Below the pieces are notes generated by a model. That model saw only the letters and a program-made list of their open reading frames with translations, was not told the DNA's origin and ran no database searches. This document shows positions 1 to 12,000 of a DNA stretch of 64,000 nucleotides, piece after piece (within the stretch, counting starts at the first letter, position 1; the number at the start of each line of letters is the position of its first letter). Location of the stretch: contig CM082590.2 of NCBI GenBank assembly GCA_040954595.2, forward strand, positions 3,534,001 to 3,598,000, in the 5' to 3' direction. The position numbers and the translations under genes were made by a program. This stretch comes from Balanoglossus misakiensis. Lineage: Eukaryota; Animalia; Hemichordata.

Positions 1-734
1 AATTTAAGAAGCAATGACAGAGTGCCTTGCTCAAAACACAAAACCACTGCCATGTCCAGACTCTCAGCCACAATCTCCAGTCTAGTCACCAGAGAATTGT
101 AACTCTAGCTTCTAAATACACACCTTTAGCCATTCAACTGCAACATCGACAAGGTTTTTTCCATCCTAAAATATAAAAAAGCAGATAAGAGTGCCTATCA
201 TTATTTTTTTATTTGGAAGAGAAGCTTTCTGTCAGGCCTACAGAAATGTTCACCTGGACAACTTGAAGTCGCTCGGCATGCCTTAGCATCCAAGAGCGTT
301 TAATGCTATAATGGAAAGGCACAGTAACACAATAGTTACTGCTTATAAGCTAGTCTTGCTGGCAACATCTAGAAACCTGCATCTATGTTTGGCTGAGGCC
401 ATGAGGGTAGACGCCGCAATTTGTGGTTGGCAATTGTCGGGAAAACATACTTATGAAGTTTGAAAATTTACTGACATACAGCAAAATATCATAGATGACA
501 TATCGCATTACGGTGGTGTATCGGAATCAGTATTTCACATCTTCAGAAAACATCACACAGTCATGTCTTGTGCTCTTACCCATTAGAACGTGTGTCCTAC
601 CAAGAATACCGTCTCTACGCATGTTTTGAAAAGCAATGACATGTATAAAGTGCATGGGTCAAAGACACAACCCCTTCATGTCTGGATTCGAACCCACAAA
701 TGTGTCGTCAACAGACAATTCTTTTTCTACGCAC

Positions 735-773
735 CTTTGAATCTGCTGCAAGATCCATTTGGGTTTTGCCAGC
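735..773 (-). CDS. Ankyrin gene exon, closing half-repeat AGKTQMDLAADSK
   Basis: tctttag acceptor, GTGCGT donor, 39 nt phase 0; resembles the GxTPxDLA cap that ends ankyrin arrays. Confidence 0.65.
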
Positions 774-3010
774 CTAAAGAATCAAGAAGACAGATTAGAC
801 TGTTTTATATTTTTTGCACGACAATATGCCTCTCTTTAAATGAACAAAAATAAACGCCCAAAATAAATTACCAGTAGATGGAATTAATCTTAACTTTGTC
901 GCGCAGTTCTCATTGCATTGTGTACAATGACACAATTTTTTGGAGGATCCGAGATAGATGACACTCCTTTATAACACTAATGTCCACCACTGAAATACAA
1001 CTTTTTGTGAGGCAACCAAAAACATCTATTATTTGAAGAAAACTGCTCACATCAATTGTGGTATTTGCTGGCTGAACATGTCACAAAATGTCTCTTTAGG
1101 AAATTTTAACCTCAATTTTCTATGTGGCTTTTAGACCATTCATTTGCTCTTTTCCTCGGTTACAGATAATTGTATCACACTAGATCATTGTTGTTATGTG
1201 TGCAAATTCAATCATTTGAGTTTCAGATTAGTAAAGAATTGTGTCTTATTGTGCTGGCTGTAATCAGTTGCCATATTCATTCAAGTTTTTGTAAAGGAAT
1301 ATTTGCGAGGGGCGATAACCGACGACCTTTTTGCGCGCGTTGGCCACTTTTTTTCACATTAGGTACATGCATACCAATTTTCAAATCTATCTGGCAGTGG
1401 TTGTTGGGCATGAGTTTCTGAATTTTGACCAATTTCACATTTTCCCAGCTAATTTGCATATGTTTTCCATCTACAGGCCAGCATGCATCTACGCACAAAA
1501 TATCAAGGTGATACGCGCAGTGGTTTTTAAATTTTTGATGTGGACGGATATACAGTCATACTTGCCTTGTTGTGTATGTTGATATCAGCCTTGTATTCCA
1601 ACAGTAACCTCACTATATTCACATAGTCATTCCTTACTGCAACATGTATAGGCGTGTCGCCTTCCTGTCAAATATGAAGACACTATGAAATTCTCGGCCA
1701 GCGACTGTATAGACAGGAGAATAAAGCAAACGTGACGGGTAGCCCCACGCTTCACTGTGTAAACCGCGCCAGGGATCTACCTCACCGTTTACAGAAAGTA
1801 CGCCGATGCAAACTCATCACGACAATGAACCGCTGCTGCTTCACCCTAAACTTACGCGATTCTCAAATTACTTCCTCGTCAATATCGTCAAAATAAAAAC
1901 ATATCCCTTTGTTATCAGACATTTCAGGCATATTTTTCAAAATAACTTCAACGGGTGCGGGTGGGAAGAATGCAAATTGAACATACGATCCGACCCCAAT
2001 AAATTGTTTTTTTTTTCTAATCATCAAACTTTTCTGCGCCACACGCACAACACACGCACATTGTAACACACACAATACCTTCAAACGAAAACTTGTCCCC
2101 AAAGTGAAGCCACCAAAAATACTCAATCTATAACGCTTACATCACCTTCTGCACCGAGACTGGTTCTAACTTACCTTGTTTTGTATGTTGACAGAGCATT
2201 TGGCTTTCAGTAATAACAGTGCTGCTCCTTCCTGACCATAGTATGCTGCCAGGTGTATAGGTGTGTTACCATCCTGTAATACATGTATACAAAGAAATAT
2301 CAGACATCAACACTGTAGTACTAGTTAATGAATGTGGCATTCTTACGAATTGTAATAAGCATCCGGTACTTTTTCAGGCTTTATTTGAAGATTTACGTAA
2401 TAATGCACATTAAATAGAAAACTGTTGATTTCGTTATTTATTATTACAATACCTTTAATCAATAGTGATAAAATTTTCAAGGGGGACACAATGACAGTTG
2501 TTATGATTAATGGTTTATGTGTACAACAACCTTTACATCAGAGAAGCAATATTGTTTCCGATGGGTTGTTGAGAATGTTGCTACATAAATTTGCCTTATG
2601 TGTAAATGCCGGATATTTCACCAGTATGGGGAAAAGTGTCCTGCGGCTTAATCAGTCTATAATAGTATTGGACCGTAGGATAAATCTTAGGATTTTAGCC
2701 TTCCCGAACGAAAGTTTCTTAGATGTGGCCATTTTTTCAATGTCAAAGTCGAACATCTCAGTATCCCTTTACGAAAATATTTCAGTGCCTATGATGGCAT
2801 ATTTCAATCGATCGGTCGTTGATGGGGTGTTTTTACAGGACCTTGAAGGATTTAGCCTGGAGCAGGGCATCTCGATTCAACCCTTCTCGTTATTGTATAG
2901 AGGAGTGACGCTGGGCGACCATACAACGTTGGGCGATCTCCTTTAAAAGTTATTTACAACATCGACAACAACAGCAAGGAATGCTTCATTGTGTTTTAAA
3001 AATAATATTT

Positions 3011-3054
<44 letters not shown>

Positions 3055-6000
3055 TATTATTTCATCAACAAACAAACAATCACTGTCCACTGTAAGTTTA
3101 CAGCGATGCATGTGCAGATGTGACATGACTGCGATCGCCATGCAACCACAGGTAACTATTACGCGTGCGCGAGTGGCACTGTGTGCACACTCAAATCTCT
3201 CTATTTTGAGATAATCCGAACTGATATTTGGTGTCAATTCAAATACGCGAAATCGAACATTATAAGAGTTTGTTTAACGAAGTGAAATATGAGATGCACT
3301 TCAAGAGTACCACTGCTTTAACCCACCGACTGTACTGCTCAGATCCGTCTGCACTGAAAATGATATTCTTGTACAGAAAACAAACAGATGGAACACACAG
3401 TAGCTATTTCTACAAGGAAATGCCTTGTGTTAAATCATTTCTATACATTTGAAAACTGTTTCATCACGTTTTATGAACGGAGGAATCTTCACAAATCTAC
3501 TGTATGCAAACCACGCCTCTGGTTGGAATTTACTTGAGTATTGGAATGTGACAGTCGGGACAATTTTCATGGTTTTCTTGTGTTAAACTTTAAGCTCTCG
3601 TGGGGCTGAGACTGACATGAGACGGCATTACGATAGTGATAGTACGCGCACGAGCATCATTTTGTTAGTAGGACTGCCGCTTATAGTGAGGGCGGCGTAA
3701 CCAAAATTTTCATATCGAGTGGCTCAGATGCGTGTTTATGTGGTGATAGGGCAGTGTCCTTTGAGGGTACATTAACATCACAGCAATTCTTTTACTTGAG
3801 ATTTATGATACGTGCGTGTTTTTTTTTTCATTTGAAGATACCCTCAGTACAATACCTCAAACTGACAATGATCTAAATTTTATAAAAGCTTAGACAGCAG
3901 TTTCATTACCCCTTAAAAGAGCATTGGAATTAGCCAATCATAGAACGCCAATTATGAATGAAAGGTAAGAAATTTGCGGAACCACTATTGACATTCAAAT
4001 GATTATGGTGGACTTCAGCCAGACAACTTTTTTTAGTCTCGCCAGCCAGACCACTCTCTCTGTCATTCAACGGCATAGCCACACGAAGTGCGCCACCAGC
4101 GGTGAAGCCACAAGAATCGAGCATCGGAGACAGCGTCGCCGCTTGTGGCGCCCTTCGTGTGCCTGGCCGCGACTTCGACTGAAAGCGAGGTGATGACGGT
4201 TTATGAAAGAATCCCACTTTGTAGATTTTCGGTTGAAAAGTCATCCCAAGTGTTGGGATTTTTCCGTTGGAAAAGTGACCCTTCTGGGTGGCACATACCC
4301 GTACACCTTCCTATAGGAGTACCCCCCCCCCCGTCCCCGGGCTGTTGTGCAGGATACATGGCACCCCAACAATTTACAATTGTTTATTTTCGGAGCTTTA
4401 TTTCACTTCCCCGTTGTTACTGAAAGCTATTACACTACAGTTTGTTTAAATATAAAATAAATTTGTCATCGTGCATGTAGCAATAGTTCATGGTTACCCT
4501 AGGTCCCTAACTTTCCGGTCAAAAAGTTAACTATTGGTAGATTATTTATCGAACAATCTAATTACGAATTTCGATATGAACACTCTGATCCCAACCTCTC
4601 GAATTACTCGACGTTTTAATAAAATATTGCTTTATAGTGGTATGATATTCAAAAGTGAATTGGTTGGTCTCAAAAGAGATAAGAATTTAACTTGGCCGCA
4701 GGTATAGCCACGGTCCAAAAACTCTCCCTCAAACTCTTTCATACTCTGCATAATCCTATTATGCGTGTCGGTTTATTGCACTAGTTTCGTGATTGACATC
4801 CCGAAGGTTGTCAACGCTACAAAATATAAGTACAGAGTCACCTTTTTGGCCATTCGGGCTATTGGTGAGTGAACATGTAAAGCCACTTACATCATTCTTA
4901 GCATTGACGTCAGCTCCATGGTCAATCAACACTTGTGCCGCTTCCAGTTTATTTCCAACGGCTGTTGCATGCAATGCTGTCCATCTAGACTGAAATTGAC
5001 AAATTCATTTGAATTAAAATGAACACAAGCTTTGTTCCAATGTTGGACTTGTAAGGTGACACGGCTATAATTTCACTGGAATCGAATTGTAACTATAAGT
5101 GTTGACTTATATTATGAGTTAAATGTGTGTAGCATCTATAGTTGTTTCAGACCAAAACACTCTATTGTTTCAGAGAACATTTATAACGTGTCCTATAGAA
5201 TTTTCTAACAAGTGTAACACTATAAAATTCTAATATAATGTAGCGCAATATACATGTTTATGCAGACTCATAGGTGCAACAGGTCTTAATATCGTTTCAT
5301 AAATTACATTGATATGTTGAAATTTTCAATCACACCAAGTACTCTAACAGATAAACATGGCGAACGTATACCGGTACACCCGACACACACAATCCCCTGT
5401 TTCTCTGTTGATGTAAGTTAATATTTAGGTATAGCCTGCTATGAACCCAACGTTGGTACAGGAACACGTTCATCTCCACACATGTGTGTTTACTCAATCA
5501 AGTAATTTCTACAGCAAAGATATCCATCGAAGAGACAGAGGAAATAAATATTACAATCAATCAACAGCTGACCAACCTCAAAGATTCAAATCACGCCTGA
5601 AGAATACACTTGTAATACAAACACCACAGACTAAAGAAATCCGCACTTTTTGTTTATAAGGGCAATCAACGGCACTCTTTTCCATGACCAAATTCACCTG
5701 AATTTCGGTCAACTTACGACGCGGGATTTTCAATCTCTATGTTGTGTCGCTTTTGTGGTTTTAATTTGTTTGTAAACACTTTCATTTTTTATGACATTTG
5801 CAAACATCGATCTGGATTTGTCAATAACCTCGCCACAGACTGTTATACATGTTGTTGTGATAGGGCTCTGTCCTTTGAGGGTACATTAACATCACAAATT
5901 AGTATTCTTTTACTTGAGATTTATGATACGCGCGTGTGTTGTTTTCATTTGAAGGTTCCCTCAGTACAATACCTCAAATTGACGATGATCTAAATATTAT

Positions 6001-9000
6001 AAAAGCCTAGACAGCAGTTTTATTACCCCTTAAAAATGCATTGGAATTAGCCAATCATGGAACGCCAATTATGAATGAAAGGTAAGAAATTTGCGGAACC
6101 ACTATTGACATTCAAATGATTATGGTGGACTTCAGCCAGACAACTTTTTTTAGTCTCGCCAGCCAGACCACTCTCTCTGTCATTCGACGGCATAGCCACA
6201 CGAAGTGCGCCACCAGCGGTGAAGCCACAAGAATCGAGCATCGGAGACAGCGTCGCCGCTTGTGGCGCCCTTCGTGTGCCTGGCCGCGACTTCGACTGAA
6301 AGCGAGGTGATGACGGTTTATGAAAGAATCCCACTTTGAAGATTTTCGGTTGAAAAGTCCTCCAAAGTTTGGGGATTTTTCCGTTGGAAAAGTGACCCTT
6401 CTGGGTGGCACATACCCGTACACATTCCTATGGGAGAACCCCCCCCCCCGGCCTGTTGTGCAGGATACATGGCACCCCGACATTTTACAATAATTTATTT
6501 TCAGAGCTCTATTTGGCTTCGCCGTTGTTACTGACAGCTATTTTACACTGCAGTTTGTTTAAATATAAAATAAATGTGTCATCGTGCATGTAGCAATAGT
6601 TCATGGTTAGGTGCCTAACTTTCCGGTCAAAAAGTTAACTATTGGTAGATTATTTATCGAAAAATCTAATTATGAATTTCAATATGAACACCCTGATCCC
6701 AACCTCTCGAATTACGTGACGTTCTAATAAAATATTGCTTTATAGTGGTATGATATTCAAAAGTGAATTGGTTGGTCTCAAAAGAGATAAGAATTAAACT
6801 TGGCCGCAGGTATAGCCACGGTCCAAAAACTCTCCCTCAAACTCTTTCATACTCTTCATAATCCTATTATGTGTGTCAGTTTATTGCAGTAACACTGGTT
6901 TCATGATTGACATCCCAAAGGTCATCAACACTACAGTACAGTGTCACCTTTTTGGCCGTTCGGGCTATTGGTGAGTGAGCATGTAAAGCCACTTACATCA
7001 TTCTTAGCATTGACGTCAGCTCCATGGTCGATCAACACTTGTGCCGCTTCCAGTTTATTTCCCCAGGCTGCAGCATGCAATGCTGTGGATTCAGACTGAA
7101 ATTGACAAATTCATTTGAATTAAAATAAACACAAGGTATGTTCCAGTGTTGGACTTGTAAGGTGACATGGCTATAATTTCACTGCAATCGATTTGTAACT
7201 GTAAGTGTTGACTTATATTATGAGTTAAATGTGTGTAGCATCTATAGTTGTTTCAGACCAAAACACTCTATTGTTTCAGAGAACATTTATAACCTGTCCT
7301 ATAGACTTTTCTAACAAGTGTAACACTATAAAATTCTAATATAATGTAGCGCACTATACATGTGTATGCACACTCATAGGTGCAACAGGTCTTAATATTA
7401 TTTCATAAATTACATTGATATTTTCAAATTTTCAATCACACCAAGTACTCTAACAGATAAACATGGCGGACGTGATACACCCGACACACACAATCCCCTG
7501 TTTCTCTGTTGATGTAAGTTAATATTTAGGTATAGCCTGCTATGAACCCAACGTTGGTACGTTCAGTACATCAATGTTATAATTATTGAATGTTGCTAGG
7601 AAACATCAAAAAAAGAATTGTCTAAACCAATCTGGACATTTCTCTTAAATTTGTCTTTTTTAAAAGCGTTTGTAGTATCCATTGAATGGAACTGAAATCA
7701 CATATGTCTGGTTCACTGAATTTATGTGACAATCTTATTAAAATCAGATGTAGAGTTAGGCGTTGTCTTTACCTATGGTGATCATTTTGGCTGTTCTGTT
7801 CTCTGTCTTGGCGGTTCTCGGGTGGATGGTCCCTATCCGAACAGAAAAGCCAAGAATCAGCAATAGTAAAGACACCGCCTAACTCTACATCCGATATAAC
7901 CAGATAGTTTTGTGACAATCTGAGACGATCCCTAAGCTTACAATGGCACATAATGCATGGGACACATGCAATCACTAGTTTCCTTCACAAATAAAGATAT
8001 CGTCCAAATGGCAACTCTCCAGCCTGCAATGACACAGATTCCACATATTCTTCGGGTGTCCGCAAATGAAACATTTCAGCCCGGCCTTGTCACGACTCTG
8101 ATATTCTCCCTGTATTCCCCATAGACAAGCACTATGTCCTTACTCTGGCATTGTTCTATGTCCATCGAGGTACAATAACATGTTCATCTCCAATCATGTG
8201 TGTTTATTCACTCAAGTAATTTATACAGCTAAGATATCCATTGAAGAGCCAGAGGAAATAAATATTAAAGTCAATTAACAGCTGACCAACCTCAAAGATT
8301 CAAATCACGCCTGAAGAATACACTTGTAATACAAATACCAGAGACTAAAGAAATCCGCACTTTTCGTTTACATGTATAAGGGAAATCAACGGTACTCTTT
8401 TCCATTACCATATTCACCAGAATTTCGGTCGACTTACGACGCGGGATTTTTAATCTCTATTGTGTCGCTTTTGGGGGTTTGATTTTTTTTGTAAACACTT
8501 TCATTTTTTATGACATTTGCATCCATCTAGACTTGTCAACAACCGCGCCACAGACTGTTACTGGTCACAATATACAGATACTTTCATCCAACACTATGTT
8601 CTTATTCGTTTCGGTTTCAAATTTCTCTTTCTAACCTCAAATTGCAATAAGAGAAACAAAGGAGGAAACAAGCCTTATTGTTTGACACATGTTTTCTATT
8701 TCAAATGCATTAAGCTTGTATATGAAACAGAACTCATCACTCGGCATGAACTGAAAGCAGCAAATGCTCCAGCAAAGCCAGAGTTATGACCGTATGTACA
8801 TGTATACTCATACACATCTGAATGTCAAGTTTGCATTGGCTTTATGGCTGCCAAACAGAAAGTTTGTTTCAGGGTTTTGACAAATATCATTGGAGTAGGC
8901 AAGTGACAGGCGCACATCAGGAAACAAATTATGTCTCATGAAATGCAGGGATGGTGTGATTTTCAATATTACCTACAGTCATAAATTGCGACAACATGTG

Positions 9001-12000
9001 GTGGGAAGGTATTTAAAATAAAGTTGGGCATGACTACGGCAACACGTGGCAAAGGCAAGCCAAATTCTGACAGGAACATTGCGATCAGACTGTTGAACTT
9101 GTAGGGCTTCCCAACAGCCAGCAATCGGGACTTATCTAGTGAAGACATGGAAACGCAGCTGTTCTGCCGGGGGTGGGGGGTGGGGGGGGGGGGGAGATGC
9201 AGGGATTTAGTTACCCCCCCCCTCCCGGTGGAACAGCTGCATTTCCACAGCTACTGAAGATCCAACTCCGAAAAAGTTGGATTTTCAGAAATTTAATTCC
9301 ACTTTCCTCGTGCAACGGAAAATTCGGAACGTGTTTTGCTTTCCAAAAATCTACGCTGGACGCCCATTTGCGTAATACGCCCTTTACGGCAACAATAAAC
9401 TTTACCAGGAAACGCTTACACTAGATGATTTTATGTCTTCGTACAAATACAGAGAAATAAACTGTCAGGTTTAATTCCCGCTGAAATTTTTCCTTGCCTT
9501 TATGCAAAGTACAGAATAATTTTTCAAGACATCGACCGACCGCCTTATGGCAAGTGTCCACGGCTGTTTAGCCAACATCGCGAAACATAGATTTAGGCTT
9601 ATATTGAGCCTTTTTAAATCATGTTCCAACATTCCATAATTATACAAGACAGGCTGTCATTGTTAATCTGCTGAACTTGATCTCAAAGTCAATTGCTCTG
9701 AATGATTGATTTCTTTTTAAATCATGTTCAAAAACTCAATAATTATACAAGACAGGCTGTCATTGTTAAAATAGGTTGTAAAGTCTGGGTCGTTGGGAAT
9801 AAGGCAGAGGGATAGTCCTTAATTATTTATTTTTATTTACCTATGTTCAAAAATGTGTGTTATTGATAATAAAACGTGTCAACTGATGTATGAGTGCAGA
9901 ATAGAATGAGTGTCACTACAGTAACTTACGTTGGTCTGCACATCGACGCTGGCATTGGATTGCAGTAGAAGTTTCACCACGTCACCAGAGCCATTCCGTG
10001 CTGCTTTGTGTAATGGTGCCTCACCAATCTGTGGGAATACAACTGAAATGTGTCATTGAAAATCTCTCACTAGATTCTTGAAATTGAACACGCAATGTTT
10101 CATTAAGCATGCACTGAACATTCAATTTTGAGATGGCACAACATGTTTTGCCGAAACTTTGTTTTTTTGAGGGGGGGGGGATAAATTAATAGTAGGATAC
10201 ATCCCAGTCCCCCTACGCAATGGACATGAATGCATGATGTGGTGTTAGGGCTCTGTCCTTTGAGGGTACATTAACATCACAGGTATTCTTTTATTTGAGA
10301 TTTATGATACGTGCGTGTGTTGTTTTCATTTGAAGATGCCCTCAGTACAATACCTCAAACTGACAATGATCTAAATATTATAAAAGCCTAGACAGCAGTT
10401 TCATTACCCTTTAAAAGAGCATTGGAATTAGCCAATCATAGAACGCCAATTATGAATGAAAGGTAAGAAATATGTTAAACCACTATTGACATTCAACTGA
10501 TTATGGTGGACTTCAGCCAGACAACTTTTTTTAGTCTCGCCGGCCAGACCTCTCTCTCTGTCATTCGACGGCATAGCCACACGAAGTGCGCCACGAGCGG
10601 TGAAGCCACAAGAATCGAGCATCGGAGACAGCGACACCACTTGTGACACACTTCGTCTGCCTGTGCGCGGCGTCGACGGGTGGCGAGGTTTGGCGTTTCT
10701 TTAGAGTCAGTTTCATAACGGTAACTACATGATGACGGTTTATGAAAGAATCCCACTTTGTAGATTTTCGGTTGAAAAGTCATCCCAAGTTTGGGGATTA
10801 TTCCGTTGAAAAGTGACGCTTCTTGGTGGCACATACCCGTACACCTTCCTATGGGAGAACCCCCCCCCCCCCGGCCTGTTGTGCAGGATACATGGCACCC
10901 CTACAATTTACAATTATTTATTCTCAAAGCTTTATTTCGCTTCGCCGTTGTTACTGACAGCTATTACACCACAGTTTGTTTAAATATAAAATAAATGTGT
11001 CATCGTGCATGTAGCAATAGTTCATGGTTAGGTGCCTAACTTTCCGGTCAAAAAGTTAACTATTGGTAGATTATTTATCTAAAAATCTAATTATGAATTT
11101 CAATATGAACACCCTGATCCCAACCTCTCGAATTACGTGACGTTCTAATAAAATATTGCTTTATAGTGGTATGATATTCAAAAGTGAATTGGTTGGTCTC
11201 AAAAGAGATAAGAATTAAACTTGGCCGCAGGTATAGCCACGGTCCAAAAACTCTCCCTCAAACTCTTTCATACTCTTCATAATCCTATTATGTGTGTCGG
11301 TTTATTGCAGTGACACTAGTTTCGTGATTGACATCCCGAAGGTCGTCAACACTGCAAAATATAAGTACAGTGTCACCTTTTAGCCACTCGGGCTATTGGT
11401 GAGTGAGCATGTAAAGCCACTTACCACATTCTTAGCATTGACGTCAGCTCCATGGTCGATCAACACTTGTGCCGCTTCCAGTTTATTTCCCCTGGCTGCA
11501 GCATGCAATGCTGTGGATTCAGACTGAAATTGACAAATTCGTATGAATTAAAATGAACACAAGCTATGTTCCAATGTTGGACTGGTAAGGTGACATGGCT
11601 ATAATTTCACTGGAATCGAATTGTAACTATAAGTGTTGACTTATATTATGAGTTAAATGTGTGTAGCATCTATAGTTGTTTCAGACCAAAACACTATTGT
11701 TTCAGAGAACATTTATAACGTGTCCTATAGAATTTTCTAACAAGTGTAACACTATAAAATTCTAATATAATGTAGCGCACTATACATGTTTATGCAGACT
11801 CATAGGTGCAACAGGTCTTAATATCATTTCATAAAATTAATTACATTGATATGTTCAAATTTTCAATCACACCAAGTACTCTAAGTTCTAACAGATAAAC
11901 ATGGCGGACGTGATACACCAGACACATACAATCCTCGTGTTTCTCTGTTGATGTAAGTTGAAGTCTGGCCCGCTATGAACCCAACATTGGCATGGGACAT

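Noticed and set aside
2981-3237. Poly-Ile / poly-Met ORFs
   Set aside because: Artefacts of the (ATC)n microsatellite
3930-4423. ORFs repeated at 6047-6483 and 10428-10994
   Set aside because: They recur only because the intronic cassette is duplicated; frames differ between copies and show no domain
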